A stretch of 64,000 nt of DNA, from contig OZ246410.1 in assembly GCA_965231065.1 (NCBI GenBank), positions 579,046 through 643,045 on the forward strand. The letters are read 5' to 3'. This DNA is from an uncultured Methanosarcinales archaeon (GTDB taxonomy: Archaea > Nanobdellota > Nanobdellia > Woesearchaeales > UBA10107). Each line of letters starts with the position of its first letter. Position 1 is the stretch's first letter. The position numbers and the translations under genes were made by a program. Positions 27,699 to 39,167 of the stretch are shown piece after piece. A model generated the notes under the pieces. That model made no database searches. It was not told where the DNA came from and saw nothing but the letters and a program-made list of their open reading frames with translations.

Positions 27699-29368
27699 TT
27701 CAGATCAACAGAATCGTCAATGCCTGCTGCGAGATTCTTTCCTGCGATCTTTGATTGCTCTCTTGCACGTGATATCTTATTACCAGGATCGTTATAGTCC
27801 ACATAACCAAGCAGCGGTGCCATCCATGGTTCCTGTTCAAGCACTTTTCGAGCCATATCCATCGTCATAGCGCGATAGCTGAAATGTCCTGCCGGCTGCG
27901 TCCTGAGTTCAGAAAGATGCTGGAATTCACGTGCATTCATGCCAAGCATGAATCTGATTCGATGATTGAACAAGGTAGCATACTGCGCAGCGACATCCAG
28001 TCCTGCATGACGGATATCAGAATTAAGATCTTTCATCATCGCTTCTGCTTCTTCGACTTCATGTTCTAAGCCTATCTCTCCCATTTCAGGAGGCATGATA
28101 AATCCAAGATCAGGCGTCAGATCCTGTCTCTGTTGTGATAGCATTCGATGTCGTTCAAGATCACGATATTCAGCGAAACCGCCGACGAGATCGAATGTGA
28201 TTGGATAACCGCCTTCAGTTCCTCTTCCGGTTCGGTCGCGTCTGCTTTCCCTCTTGCCTTTGTACGTGTCAATAATTTGAAATTTCTTTTCAGGATGCAT
28301 ATCTCTGACTTCATCCATGATCTGACCGAGAGATATATTTGTGTAAGGAAATAAGCAGGAAGAAACGACTTCATCAAGATAGAATCCTCTCGGAACTAAC
28401 GTTACTGCATCATCTTTTGGTGTGATGTCGTGGAACAACTCATGAGCTGTCTTTTTCATATTCTTATTAATCTCTGCATATTGTGTATTTACTCTGTTTC
28501 TCTTGATGAACGTAGGAATGACTTTATTCAGTTCGGCTTCCAGCTCTGAGGCGCGTTCATGTCCCTCTGAAAGTTCCTGGCTTTTTAGGAATGTGAGAAG
28601 ATTTGTATAGAATCGCCCATTGCCGAAGAGACCGATATGCGTGAGTGTCGATGACGGCAGAACACATCTGCCGATGTCTAATGCTGCGCATCTGATGGTG
28701 AAGTTATATCCTTGATTGAATGCCTTTCGTTCATCATCTGAAACTAATTCATTTTCTTTTGCCTTTACTGTTTTACCGTCTCTGGTTACATCAAGCGTAT
28801 GCTTATCTCTCGGGAACACTCCTTTTTTGATGTGCTCGGAAAGACGTTTGATTCCTTCGGAATAGACTTCAAATGCGCGGTTATTGGTACGCTCAAATTT
28901 TTCAGCGAGGCCTGACTCCATGATCTCCATAGGCCGCAAGAATCTAAATCTTCCCTGTGCATCCTTGGCATCGTATTTGACATATCTTGTGGATTGCTCA
29001 ATCGGCGAGCCGCCGATCCGTCTGTCCTCGATGAATTTGGTAGCTAACTGAGAAATATCTTCGATACCGATATGAGCTCCTTCCAATTCTCCGACAGACT
29101 CATCGCCGAACTGGTTCAGGACTCGCTCCATGAGATTAGTGCCTTTCTCCTGATTCGGATTGCCGTTCTCATCAAGAAATTCATTTACGATCGTGAGTTG
29201 CATTCCTGTCGATGCTCTTGAATACCGTGCCAATGCGCCACCGGTCAATTCAGAAGGCATGCCGGTGATTGCAAAAGTTCTGCCGCCGACATTTGTGAAA
29301 TATCGTGCTAATTTTTCTTTGAGTTCAGGAGGAACTTCCTCTATAGAATTATAATTATACTTTGCCAT
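27695..29368 (-). CDS. thyX: Flavin-dependent thymidylate synthase ThyX with tandem duplicated domains (557 aa)
   Basis: Second half carries a canonical RHR-x4-SQQRQ ThyX motif. First half carries a degenerate copy (DRRIGGSPIEQSTRYV). Start codon overlaps the tmk stop. Confidence 0.75.
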   Translation of the reverse strand: MAKYNYNSIEEVPPELKEKLARYFTNVGGRTFAITGMPSELTGGALARYSRASTGMQLTIVNEFLDENGNPNQEKGTNLMERVLNQFGDESVGELEGAHIGIEDISQLATKFIEDRRIGGSPIEQSTRYVKYDAKDAQGRFRFLRPMEIMESGLAEKFERTNNRAFEVYSEGIKRLSEHIKKGVFPRDKHTLDVTRDGKTVKAKENELVSDDERKAFNQGYNFTIRCAALDIGRCVLPSSTLTHIGLFGNGRFYTNLLTFLKSQELSEGHERASELEAELNKVIPTFIKRNRVNTQYAEINKNMKKTAHELFHDITPKDDAVTLVPRGFYLDEVVSSCLFPYTNISLGQIMDEVRDMHPEKKFQIIDTYKGKRESRRDRTGRGTEGGYPITFDLVGGFAEYRDLERHRMLSQQRQDLTPDLGFIMPPEMGEIGLEHEVEEAEAMMKDLNSDIRHAGLDVAAQYATLFNHRIRFMLGMNAREFQHLSELRTQPAGHFSYRAMTMDMARKVLEQEPWMAPLLGYVDYNDPGNKISRAREQSKIAGKNLAAGIDDSVDLK

Positions 29369-29488
29369 TGTCTATCTAGTTATTTCTTAACCACCCCAAT
29401 GAAGAATCCGATGCCCAACTACTATATAAAGAATTTCTTGTCAATAGATGGTGACGAAACATACACTGACTTGTTTTAAATATTAGTA

Positions 29489-29908
29489 TTGATTCCACCC
29501 ACTATGACAGTATATACAAAATGCATATATCATGATCCTTCTCCGGAAGATGGTATCCGCATCGCTGTCCTTGGCAGACTTACAGAGAACGATGGGAAGA
29601 CACCAGTCACTGACTTCATAAGAGGAAAGCACTTTGATCTTTGGATGCCCATACTTGCCCCATCACCAAAACTAGTCGGTAGCTGGCACAGAAAAGAGCT
29701 TACCGACTGGGCAGAATTCACAAAACAATATCTTGAGACTATCAGGAATCCAGCAGCAGCACCAATTATACGAACTGTCTCTCAACTGGGAAAAAATCAG
29801 GATATTACACTCTTATGTTCTGAAGAGACACATGAGAGATGTCATAGGAGTCTTTTAGCAGAAGAATGTAAACGATATGAGTCATCGCTCTCTATCGTTC
29901 ATCATTAA
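29489..29908 (+). CDS. DUF488 family protein
   Basis: Begins MTVYTKCIYHDPSPEDGIRIAVLG. WMPILAPSPKLV pattern of DUF488/YeaO-like proteins. Confidence 0.65.
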   Translation: MIPPTMTVYTKCIYHDPSPEDGIRIAVLGRLTENDGKTPVTDFIRGKHFDLWMPILAPSPKLVGSWHRKELTDWAEFTKQYLETIRNPAAAPIIRTVSQLGKNQDITLLCSEETHERCHRSLLAEECKRYESSLSIVHH

Positions 29909-29948
29909 GGAAAAGCTATATAAACCCTCATTCTACAATCAGTATAAG

Positions 29949-31301
29949 ATGGTGAAAGTGCATAACTTCGATCTTGTCGTTATAGGAGCCGGTTCTGGGC
30001 TTAATCTGATTCCTGAAGGCATCAAGGTAGCGGTTATAGAAAAAGGCCCCATGGGCGGCACTTGTCTCAACAGAGGATGTATCCCTTCTAAAATAATAAT
30101 CCATTCTGCAGACATCGCGCATGCGATCAGACATGCACAAGACTATGGTCTCAATGCAAAACTCAATGGAGTGAACTTAGCGACAATCACCGGCAGGGCA
30201 TCAAAGATCGTGGATACTGATGCAAGCAAGATAGAGAAAGGCATCAGATCATCAGATAATATCACCTTATTCAAAGGCACTGGAAAATTTATCGCCGACA
30301 GAACAATAAAAGTCGGTAATGACATCATCAAAGGAAAAAAGGTAGTCATTGCTGCAGGATGCAGACCGATGATCCCGAATATTCCCGGATTGAAAGATGT
30401 TGATTATATCACCAGCACTGAAGCATTACGATTGAAGAAACAGCCAAAGATTATGACTGTCTTGGGCGGCGGTTACATCGCTGCTGAGTTGGCGCACTTC
30501 TACAGCGCATTAGGAACTAAAGTGACTGTCATACAGCGGAGTGATGTGCTTTTGAGCAGACAAGACAGAGAGATTGCAGAACAATTCACAAAAGCGTTCA
30601 GGAAACAATGCAATGTATTGACGGGACAGGATATTGTCAAAGTCTGGCAGAAAGGAAAGAAGTTCTATGTGCAGACAAAGCAAAAGACTATTGTTTCGGA
30701 TCAACTCCTGGTTGCGATGGGTTTGACACCGAATACTGATTCATTGGATGTCGCGAAGACAGGCGTCAAAGTGAATAAGAACGGATATATTGTCGTGAAT
30801 GACTATTTACAAACATCAAATAAGAACATCTGGGCATTGGGAGATATCATCGGCACCTTCTTTTTGAAGCATTCAGCGAATTACGAGGCAGAATTGGTAT
30901 TTGAGAACGCATTGGCAGGCAATAAGATAAAAAGAAATTATCTGGCTATGCCGTTCGCAGTGTTCTCATCACCACAGGTAGCAGGTGTCGGTTACACTGA
31001 AGATGAACTGAAAGAGAAGAAGATGAAATATGTTGTCGGCAAATATCACTACATCAAGACAGGCATGGGAGAAGCGTTACAGGATAAAGATGGCTTTGCC
31101 AAAGTCCTGGTCGATCCAAAAACGCGTAAGTTCTTAGGCTGCCATATCATCGGTACCGAAGCATCTACATTAATACATGAAGTGCTTGTAGCGATGAGAA
31201 ATAATCTGACAGCTGACCAATTGGCGAATACTATCCATATCCATCCTGCATTATCAGAAGTCGTTCAGAGAGCGGTTCTTAACGCATTGAGACAGATTTA
31301 A
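29949..31301 (+). CDS. Class-I pyridine nucleotide-disulfide oxidoreductase (dihydrolipoamide dehydrogenase-like)
   Basis: Begins MVKVHNFDLVVIGAGSG. Redox-active GGTCLNRGCIPSK. C-terminal HIHPALSE. Confidence 0.85.
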   Translation: MVKVHNFDLVVIGAGSGLNLIPEGIKVAVIEKGPMGGTCLNRGCIPSKIIIHSADIAHAIRHAQDYGLNAKLNGVNLATITGRASKIVDTDASKIEKGIRSSDNITLFKGTGKFIADRTIKVGNDIIKGKKVVIAAGCRPMIPNIPGLKDVDYITSTEALRLKKQPKIMTVLGGGYIAAELAHFYSALGTKVTVIQRSDVLLSRQDREIAEQFTKAFRKQCNVLTGQDIVKVWQKGKKFYVQTKQKTIVSDQLLVAMGLTPNTDSLDVAKTGVKVNKNGYIVVNDYLQTSNKNIWALGDIIGTFFLKHSANYEAELVFENALAGNKIKRNYLAMPFAVFSSPQVAGVGYTEDELKEKKMKYVVGKYHYIKTGMGEALQDKDGFAKVLVDPKTRKFLGCHIIGTEASTLIHEVLVAMRNNLTADQLANTIHIHPALSEVVQRAVLNALRQI

Positions 31302-31304
31302 TTC

Positions 31305-31709
31305 TTAGATCAGCCTAAAGCTAAACACCACAAGCAGAATATTCACAATATATACACCAGTACACACTAAACAAAGACTCTTGATCTTGAAGTACTGTAT
31401 GTATGCAAGAACCATTGAACCAAGCAATGATGCGACACAAAGTAAGAATATCGCAGGATAACCAAAGACAATTAAATTAAAGAAAGTCAATACGAAAACC
31501 GTAACATAAAAGAATATGCCACCCAATGAATTTGATATTCCATCAACCATCTTGCCATACTTACTCGTAACAACCTTCCCGCAGCTTGCGTGATCATTGA
31601 TATCACAGATCGCTTTATACTTTGGATTCTTCGAAGCTTGAATTTCAATGTAGTACGCATAGATAGAAAGTAACAATCCAATAACAGCAGTGATCTGGAT
31701 GTTTAACAT
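31305..31709 (-). CDS. Vitamin K epoxide reductase (VKOR) family membrane protein, paralog 1
   Basis: Loop Cys pair (CDINDHASCG). CLVC active site in the last TM. Confidence 0.65.
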   Translation of the reverse strand: MLNIQITAVIGLLLSIYAYYIEIQASKNPKYKAICDINDHASCGKVVTSKYGKMVDGISNSLGGIFFYVTVFVLTFFNLIVFGYPAIFLLCVASLLGSMVLAYIQYFKIKSLCLVCTGVYIVNILLVVFSFRLI

Positions 31710-31734
31710 AACATAATTTCAAGAATAACTCTAT

Positions 31735-34548
31735 TTAAATCTTTAGCTTGCCGTGTACTTTCTCGTACGCTGCGCGTGCTTTTGGCGAATGCAACAATAT
31801 TCTTCTAATGGTATTATAGACACTCGGCTGTTTCTCCTCGGTAACCGTCTTCCAGATGTTGTTAAGCAGTTTTACGATTTCAACCTGATATGTCGGTTCT
31901 AGATAATCAATCTTGCCGAATGCGTCCATAGTTCGCTGTGCATTGTACTCGCTGATCTGTGAGATCTTGATAAGACCGTCCTGAAGAAATTCTCTTCCTT
32001 CCTTCGTCAAGAATGCGATACGTTTATGATTTGAAAAGACTTCATAGACCGCTCGCTGATCATTCGCATGGTTGATATTGAAATCCTTTGACCTTACCAC
32101 GTGTTTTAATAAATCCACAACATCATCTGCTTCGCTTGAAGCTGCCCGCGCAAGGAATATCTCATGACCGACCAGACTCTTGTTGCATTCTGCTTCATAC
32201 TGATGGAAGACATCCAATCGGTCTTTCGCAGAACTTTTGAGATACGCGCTGAAGGCGATGACTTTATCAGTTGCGTTCTGAGCTGTATCGAACTGTCTTT
32301 TGATTAGTTTGTGAACATCAGGAGTGTCTAATTTCGATAGAATCCCCAGACATGCATTCTTGACACCACGCTTCTTGATGTTCCAGACTTCATTCTCAAC
32401 ATAGGTGCCATCTGTCTTGGTGACATCATACTCCCTGTAGAGAAGCAGTAATTCATCTTTATACTTCTCAGCGATAGCCTTCAGGATCTTCTCGCGGACA
32501 TCGTACAGTTCCTGATATCGATGATTGTACTTTTCATCTTCGACACCTTCAGTGAGAGCAAGCATGAGTGAACTCATCTCATTCAGTAATTTCTTGTTTG
32601 TCAACAGCGAATGATATAGTTCAATGAAAGCGTCACTCGGTTTTGCCTTCGTGTCTTTCAGCAGACGCATCTTCTCCTTGTCTGCCAGCTGGTAGAATGC
32701 CATATAACGGTTGACGACATCATCGTCATGCTTGACCTGCAATAATAGTTCTTCGTCTGAAGTATCATACTGTACCTTGCCATAGAATGCATAATCACGG
32801 TTCAAAGAGACAAATGCCGGCTTTGACACATTTGCAAATACGATATCACTCTCGATGTCGTTGATACGGACGAGCTTCTCACTTAATTTCTTTCCATTCT
32901 TATCAAACAGCGCAGCAGCGAAAGGAAATTCCCAGTGCATTCCCGGCTTGAATCCTGATTGTGTTAGATGAAGTGCATACTTCTTTGTCTTTTCATCGTA
33001 ATTAGTTTTAATAGTGACCAATGGATAATTGCTCTGCTTCAGCCACGTCTGCGCCATGCGAGTGAATTTCTGGCCAGATGCATCTTCCATCGCCTTGATC
33101 CAGTCTGCCCGGGATGCGTTGCTATGCTTGAACTTCGCATAGTAACTCCACAGTCCTTCCATGAACTTCTCCTTGCCCATGAGTGTCCTGATCATACGGA
33201 CGAATTCAGGGCCTTTGACATAGACGATGCTTCCTACTAGTTCTTCAGGATCATTGAAGCCATCTGGTTCAATCGGCACTGATTTGACACCTGAATCTTC
33301 CTCGAAGACACCACCCGGCGCAAGCAGACCGATGACTCTACCAAGACGCTGATAATTCTCTCCGTTGAGATCAGCGGCGTATTCCTCCTGCATGAGCTCG
33401 GTGACTGATTCATTGAGCCAGAATTCAAAAGGACTTCGACCGGTAACTTCAGAACCGTTGATGTTGTGGAAAAATTCATGTAATTTTACTTCAATCATGT
33501 ATTCGAACGCAGCGTCAGTGATCTCTTTGTATGGCATGATCCTGTTGCCGGTGATGACCGTGTTGCCGACATTCTCCATCCCGCCATGGGTAAAATTCTG
33601 CGCAGCGATCTCTCGATAGACTGTGCCGGTGTATTGGTACCCTAACGTCAATGATCTAATGAGTTTGTTCAGTTCCGCTCGTACTATCTTCAGTTCATCT
33701 GATTTCTTCTGTGCTTTCAACACATCACGCTTCTTGATGAGTTCCCAGATCTTTTTCTTTGTATCAATATGTTCATACTTCTTTGGTCCGGTAAATACAT
33801 AGACCCACATGACTGCATCATAGAGAATGTCCAATGCTCTCGATGCAGCATTTGTATCAGAACCAGGGAAGACGACAAGTTCAAGATCAAATTTCGAGCC
33901 GTCAGGATATTCAAACTCTTTCGTATGCACATCGTACGTACCGACGCCTAAGAAAAACAAGTACGGTGCCATCGGTGTCTTCGTGTTGTTGTAGACAATG
34001 ATATCTTTTTTCTTGTTATATGATTTTCTTTCGATCTCGACATCGCCGTTTGAGATCATGCTCGTATACCTATTGTCAGCGATGATAGTGGTACGGTACG
34101 TAGATTTTGCAGTCATGTCATCGATACATGGCACGATGCGTTCAAAATCCCACTGCTGACACTGCGTGATCATGGTCGGTGGTTTTCCGGGCGGTGTAAC
34201 ATCAAAATATAAACCAGCAAGGATCTGTTTTGTCGGCCGTATCACTGATTCAGTATGGATCGTGAACTCTGTCCTTGGAGGGATCGGTCTGGAAAAATGG
34301 ATGTGGATCTTGTGCTCAGTCGTGTCGTACTCAAACGTCACAGAACAGAAACTGCAGGTCAATTTCTTCAGCTCCAACGCTTTCGCATTCAGTTCAAGCT
34401 CAGTGATTGGCTTATCAAGAACACGTGACTTCATATCAGACGTCACGTCCGTATGATCATCAGAAATATTGAAAAGAAGGTCGAAATGAAGCACCTTGAC
34501 ACTCAATGCACCGAAGTCTTCCGGATAATATTTGAACTCCCTCTTCAT
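31735..34548 (-). CDS. M1-family aminopeptidase (aminopeptidase N-like)
   Basis: GGMEN exopeptidase motif. HEFFHN-x18-E zinc site with WLNES. Start taken at MKREFKYYPEDF; the listed first 68 aa look non-native. TTTTTAAAG box about 30 nt upstream. Confidence 0.85.
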   Translation of the reverse strand: MKREFKYYPEDFGALSVKVLHFDLLFNISDDHTDVTSDMKSRVLDKPITELELNAKALELKKLTCSFCSVTFEYDTTEHKIHIHFSRPIPPRTEFTIHTESVIRPTKQILAGLYFDVTPPGKPPTMITQCQQWDFERIVPCIDDMTAKSTYRTTIIADNRYTSMISNGDVEIERKSYNKKKDIIVYNNTKTPMAPYLFFLGVGTYDVHTKEFEYPDGSKFDLELVVFPGSDTNAASRALDILYDAVMWVYVFTGPKKYEHIDTKKKIWELIKKRDVLKAQKKSDELKIVRAELNKLIRSLTLGYQYTGTVYREIAAQNFTHGGMENVGNTVITGNRIMPYKEITDAAFEYMIEVKLHEFFHNINGSEVTGRSPFEFWLNESVTELMQEEYAADLNGENYQRLGRVIGLLAPGGVFEEDSGVKSVPIEPDGFNDPEELVGSIVYVKGPEFVRMIRTLMGKEKFMEGLWSYYAKFKHSNASRADWIKAMEDASGQKFTRMAQTWLKQSNYPLVTIKTNYDEKTKKYALHLTQSGFKPGMHWEFPFAAALFDKNGKKLSEKLVRINDIESDIVFANVSKPAFVSLNRDYAFYGKVQYDTSDEELLLQVKHDDDVVNRYMAFYQLADKEKMRLLKDTKAKPSDAFIELYHSLLTNKKLLNEMSSLMLALTEGVEDEKYNHRYQELYDVREKILKAIAEKYKDELLLLYREYDVTKTDGTYVENEVWNIKKRGVKNACLGILSKLDTPDVHKLIKRQFDTAQNATDKVIAFSAYLKSSAKDRLDVFHQYEAECNKSLVGHEIFLARAASSEADDVVDLLKHVVRSKDFNINHANDQRAVYEVFSNHKRIAFLTKEGREFLQDGLIKISQISEYNAQRTMDAFGKIDYLEPTYQVEIVKLLNNIWKTVTEEKQPSVYNTIRRILLHSPKARAAYEKVHGKLKI

Positions 34549-34642
34549 AGGTAATCCATAATTATACGGCTTTAAAAACTTATTTGTTGGGTTTAAAACA
34601 ACAAGATATATAAAGAAAAAATGAATAAAATCAAATTTAAGC

Positions 34643-35323
34643 ATGAAGAAGAAAATATCACGGGTCAAGTATTTCAACCTTGAAGAAGAGCTCGCCAAAC
34701 AGCACTTTCGGGTCGCTATTTTCGGATCTGCACGGATCCAAAAGTCAAACAAATACTACAAAGAAGTCTACGTGATTGCGAAAGAATTAGGCAAGATGGG
34801 CATTGATGTCGTCTCAGGCGGCGGACCGGGAATCATGGAAGCTGCCAATAAAGGCCATGAAGAAGGCAAGAAAACAAGTCATAATGGCACTACACATTCA
34901 TTCGGACTGACAATCAAACTACCTGAAGAACAGAGAGACAACAGACATTTTGATATGAAGAAAGATTTCCAGCGATTCTCTTCACGGCTTGATTACTTCA
35001 TTGAATTATCGAACGCAATCGTCGTCGCTCCCGGTGGCGTCGGTACCTTACTGGAATTTCTCTATGCGTGGCAGCTGATCCAGGTAGAACATATCTATGA
35101 TATCCCGATCATCATGCTTGGCGAACAGTGGGCTCATCTCATCCAATGGGTGAAGAAGGGTCCATTGAAACATCATCTGTTGAAAGAAGAGGATCTTGAT
35201 AATATCTATGTCGTACGCAATGCAAAAGAAGCGATGAAAATCATCAAGGTCGCATCGCAGGCATTCAAGAAAGCAAAAACAAAAGGACCATATATACCTC
35301 TAAGAAATACGCGCCTTAATTGA
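34643..35323 (+). CDS. LOG-family (TIGR00730) nucleotide-binding protein
   Basis: GGGPGIMEA and PGGVGTLLE motifs. Confidence 0.8.
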   Translation: MKKKISRVKYFNLEEELAKQHFRVAIFGSARIQKSNKYYKEVYVIAKELGKMGIDVVSGGGPGIMEAANKGHEEGKKTSHNGTTHSFGLTIKLPEEQRDNRHFDMKKDFQRFSSRLDYFIELSNAIVVAPGGVGTLLEFLYAWQLIQVEHIYDIPIIMLGEQWAHLIQWVKKGPLKHHLLKEEDLDNIYVVRNAKEAMKIIKVASQAFKKAKTKGPYIPLRNTRLN

Positions 35324-35714
35324 CGATCAATTGTCCTTCCATTTCTCTATGTCCTGCACCGCAGTACACGTCACAGTGAAAGGTGAATGTTCCCTGCTTG
35401 CTGGCGACAAATCTGAAATTGACTGTCTCTCCTGCCTTGACTTTCTGTTCGACATTAAGATCAGGGATGAAGAAGCCATGGTCCACATCAGCGCTCGTTA
35501 AGGTGATGTCAACAATATCGCCTTTATTCACAGTGATTGTCGAAGGATCAAATTCCCAATTCTTTGCGGTCATGGTGAAGCTTTGAACGGTAGCGTCTTT
35601 GGATGCATACCCAACCACAGGGATCTGAGCCTCTGAAGTGGCTGCTGACTGTGCATGGGAAGGACATGCTGTCAAGAACAATAATAACGTGAGAAATACA
35701 AATGTCTTTTTCAT
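35316..35714 (-). CDS. CuA-type cupredoxin lipoprotein (COX2/N2OR-like copper centre)
   Basis: Signal peptide with LTAC lipobox-like site. FHCDVYCGAGHREM = H-x-C-x3-C-x3-H-x2-M CuA ligand set. Confidence 0.65.
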   Translation of the reverse strand: MKKTFVFLTLLLFLTACPSHAQSAATSEAQIPVVGYASKDATVQSFTMTAKNWEFDPSTITVNKGDIVDITLTSADVDHGFFIPDLNVEQKVKAGETVNFRFVASKQGTFTFHCDVYCGAGHREMEGQLIVN

Positions 35715-35757
35715 GATAAGGATGACTGAATTCCCCTATTTAAGTTTTATGTACGTC

Positions 35758-37992
35758 TTATAATTTCTTTCTTCTTAAAAGATTTGCGTTCGTGACGATC
35801 GTGATCGATGATAATGCCATCGCTATCTCTGCGACCACTGGGTGTAATAAACCAGCAATCGCGATCGGTATCGCAATGGTATTGTACGCGAACGCCCAGA
35901 ATAGATTTTGTTTTATCTTACTGAATGTCGCCTTAGATAAATTAATTGCTTGGACGACACCCATCAACGAGCCTTTCGCTAAAACCAAATCTCCTGCCTC
36001 TATCGCGATATCTGTTCCTGTTCCCATTGCTATACCAACATTTGATTCTTTCAATGCAGGAGCATCATTGATTCCATCACCGACGAATGCCACCATGCCT
36101 TGAGTTTGAAGTTCCCGTACTTTCCTTGCCTTATCTTCAGGAAGGACATTCGCGATGACATCAGAGATACCTACCTGCTTTGCTATAGCATTTGCAGTAC
36201 GTTCATTATCGCCTGTGATCATGATTGTCTTTAATCCCATTGCATTCAATCTGCTGATCGCTTCGATTGAGTCATCTTTGACTGCATCTGCAACAGCGAT
36301 TATACCAATGACTTTCTTATTCTCGACGACGACCATGGTTGTCTTTCCTTCATTTTCGAACTTTGTAAGAGAATTCTCATGATTCTTCAACGATATGGAT
36401 TTCTCTTCCATCAATGTCCTGTTGCCGATTATGATTTCGTTCTTTCCTATCTTTCCTTCTACGCCTCTGCCTCTCAATATCTTGAAACCCTTGACCTCAG
36501 AATATGTTCTAAGTCCTGTCTTTGCGACTATCGCCTTTGCGATAGGATGCTCTGATAGCCTTTCCATGCTGCCTGCGACACCAAGAAGATGACTTTCTTT
36601 AGCTACAGAATATACATCAGTGACTTCAGGATGCCCTTTAGTGATGGTTCCTGTTTTATCCAATACAATGATCTTGACCTTTTTCATTGTCTGTATCGCT
36701 TCACCTTTGCGAATTAAGATTCCGTTCTTCGCTCCCATTCCGGAACCGACCATCAATGCTGTCGGTGTCGCCAATCCTAAAGCACAAGGACAAGCGATGA
36801 CAAGGACAGCGACAGCGATTCCTATGGTATTGCTCAGATCACTGGTGAAATAGAACCATCCTGCGAAGGTAAGAAGCGAGATGACCAGTATTGATGGGAC
36901 GAATATATTTGTGATCTTATCTGCTAATTCCTGGATCGGAACTTTTGTTCCCTGCGCTTCTTCAACTAATTTGATGATGTGAGCAAGGAAGGTATCTTTG
37001 CCTACCTTCGTAGCCTTGACATACAAGATTCCATCCTGATTTATCGTGGCGCCGATGACATTGCTCTTTATTCTCTTCTCAACCGGCAAAGATTCACCGG
37101 AGATCATGCTTTCATCGACTGCACTTTCTCCTTTGACGACGATTCCGTCAGTAGGAATCTTCTCTCCTGGCTTGATGACCATGATATCGCCGATCTTGAT
37201 CTCAGATATCGGAAGTTCTATCTCTTTCTTTCCTCTGAGAACCCGTGCTGATTTTGCTCCTAGCTCCAATAATTTCTTGATTTCCCTGCTCGCTCTGCCT
37301 CTTGCCAATGCCTCGACATATTTTCCTGTCGTGAAGAATGCCATGATCATCGCACTGACTCCTGAATAATCCTGCATGCTGATGAAGTAACTTAAAATTC
37401 CTGTCATATAAGCTATGAGAGTTCCTAATGCTATGAGTGAATCCATATTGAAGTAGAGCGTGGAGAATCCACGTATTCCGCCTCGTATCGTCGGCCATCC
37501 GAAGATGAATATGACGGGGAACGCTAAAATAAGTATGACGACTGAATTTAATCTCGGCTCGAAAAACATCTTTCCAAAGAAACGTTCTGACAACATGAGG
37601 AACGCAACAGGAAGTGTGAATAACCATGACAGCCACATCTTACGTGACCAATCATTGATCTCTTTACTTTCAGTCACGCCGGTATGCTCATGACCAAGAT
37701 GGAGTTCTGTGCTCTTCATCTTTTCATGATCCATTTCCATCTTTTCGTGAGTCATCATCTCAGGATGTTCGGATTCTTCAAATGAGACAGACGTGGCTGT
37801 GTAGCCTGCTTTCTTGACCGCAGACTTGATATCAGCACCAGTAACAGAATCATCTGACTCTACAAATCCTTTATTCGTAAGAAGACTTACTCGTGCTGTC
37901 TTGATACCGGGAACTTTCTTCAGACTTCTCTCGATATTCATCGCGCAGGAAGCGCAGTCCATGCCTTCGATGCCTATCGTCGCTTTCTTCAT
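35758..37992 (-). CDS. copA: Cu(I)-translocating P1B-type ATPase CopA
   Basis: N-terminal [11 protein letters not shown], His-rich stretch, TM CPC ([10 protein letters not shown]), [15 protein letters not shown]. Confidence 0.9.
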   Translation of the reverse strand: MKKATIGIEGMDCASCAMNIERSLKKVPGIKTARVSLLTNKGFVESDDSVTGADIKSAVKKAGYTATSVSFEESEHPEMMTHEKMEMDHEKMKSTELHLGHEHTGVTESKEINDWSRKMWLSWLFTLPVAFLMLSERFFGKMFFEPRLNSVVILILAFPVIFIFGWPTIRGGIRGFSTLYFNMDSLIALGTLIAYMTGILSYFISMQDYSGVSAMIMAFFTTGKYVEALARGRASREIKKLLELGAKSARVLRGKKEIELPISEIKIGDIMVIKPGEKIPTDGIVVKGESAVDESMISGESLPVEKRIKSNVIGATINQDGILYVKATKVGKDTFLAHIIKLVEEAQGTKVPIQELADKITNIFVPSILVISLLTFAGWFYFTSDLSNTIGIAVAVLVIACPCALGLATPTALMVGSGMGAKNGILIRKGEAIQTMKKVKIIVLDKTGTITKGHPEVTDVYSVAKESHLLGVAGSMERLSEHPIAKAIVAKTGLRTYSEVKGFKILRGRGVEGKIGKNEIIIGNRTLMEEKSISLKNHENSLTKFENEGKTTMVVVENKKVIGIIAVADAVKDDSIEAISRLNAMGLKTIMITGDNERTANAIAKQVGISDVIANVLPEDKARKVRELQTQGMVAFVGDGINDAPALKESNVGIAMGTGTDIAIEAGDLVLAKGSLMGVVQAINLSKATFSKIKQNLFWAFAYNTIAIPIAIAGLLHPVVAEIAMALSSITIVTNANLLRRKKL

Positions 37993-39107
37993 ATGACGTT
38001 AAGTACTCCCGGACCTGCCATCCACATACTACAACTAAAATCTATTTTTCCTATTTTTTCAGGAGTAAATGTTATAATAGTATCCTGTGAACGATCAAGA
38101 CGCTGCAGTATCTTTAGCTTTGGAACATTAAGTACACCCGCACAACCATCAGCATTTCTTCCGTCGATATGCCACTCGACAGGAACTCCTTTCTTTATTG
38201 TGAATTGCGAAGGATAATAGGATAGTCCATCGACACGCATGTTGATTATCTGATTGCCGCCGACTACATCAGCATCTGCGGTATTCTGCGTTCCTGAAAG
38301 ATGGATACCATATCCTGTCAGTCCAAGACCTCCGTTAAGAGCGATGAAACCAAATACGATCGCCAAGACACCTGCGAATGCTGAAAGATAACGATGAGAT
38401 GCTCCTTTTGAGAAACTTGAAGCAGCACCGATCGAGACAAGCGCGGGCAATGTTCCCAGAGAGAAGAATAACATCGTCAACGCACCAGTCATGAAACTGC
38501 CTTGCGTCATCACATATAACTGCAGAGCCTGAGTGAATCCGCAGGGGAAAAAGAATGTAGCAGCGCCAAACAAGAAAGAAGTTCTGCCTGTGCTGTGTTC
38601 GCTCGCATTAAATATTTTCTCTGCGATAAATCGAGGCATGGTGATGAAAGAAGGGAAGATGTGCAATATCTGCAGACCAAGCAATATCATCGTCAGAGAG
38701 ACAAGAATCATGAGTATTCCTGCGGCAGTCTGTGAGAGGATGAAAAATGATCCGATGACGCCCAACAACCCGCCCAATACGGCATAAGAGATTACTCTTC
38801 CGATATTGAAATAGATATGCGGCTTGAATTTTTGAGAACCATGCAGATGAGGATTCCGCTCACTGTATCTCTGAGATACGATGAGCAAAAGGCTCCCGGT
38901 CGTAGCGGTACAGCTTGAAACAGCAGCTGCCAATCCGAGAACAAATGCGAATCCATAACTGACAGAATTGGAGATACCGATATTTGGAAGAAGATTGAAT
39001 TGCCGTGATAAGACATAGAGACCAAGAACAATTATGAATATCGCGACTAGTTCGCTTTTACCAATATTCTTTGAGTTGGGCGAGCATACCTGTTTATTAT
39101 CAGCCAT
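37989..39107 (-). CDS. Polytopic membrane protein with C-terminal soluble cupredoxin-like/Cys-containing domain; translationally coupled to copA
   Basis: About eight TM helices, then a 90-aa beta-rich tail with C...C...SCSMWM. Stop overlaps the copA start. Confidence 0.55.
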   Translation of the reverse strand: MADNKQVCSPNSKNIGKSELVAIFIIVLGLYVLSRQFNLLPNIGISNSVSYGFAFVLGLAAAVSSCTATTGSLLLIVSQRYSERNPHLHGSQKFKPHIYFNIGRVISYAVLGGLLGVIGSFFILSQTAAGILMILVSLTMILLGLQILHIFPSFITMPRFIAEKIFNASEHSTGRTSFLFGAATFFFPCGFTQALQLYVMTQGSFMTGALTMLFFSLGTLPALVSIGAASSFSKGASHRYLSAFAGVLAIVFGFIALNGGLGLTGYGIHLSGTQNTADADVVGGNQIINMRVDGLSYYPSQFTIKKGVPVEWHIDGRNADGCAGVLNVPKLKILQRLDRSQDTIITFTPEKIGKIDFSCSMWMAGPGVLNVI

Positions 39108-39167
39108 AGATGAGTTATAGAGGAAATACTTTATAAATATTGCAGTGAAACCAGTTTCAGTATGTTT

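Noticed and set aside
35792-37693. Plus-strand ORFs of 65-107 aa inside copA
   Set aside because: They are antisense to a strongly supported P-type ATPase gene and have Ser/Pro/Ile-rich low-complexity translations. Judged frame artefacts.
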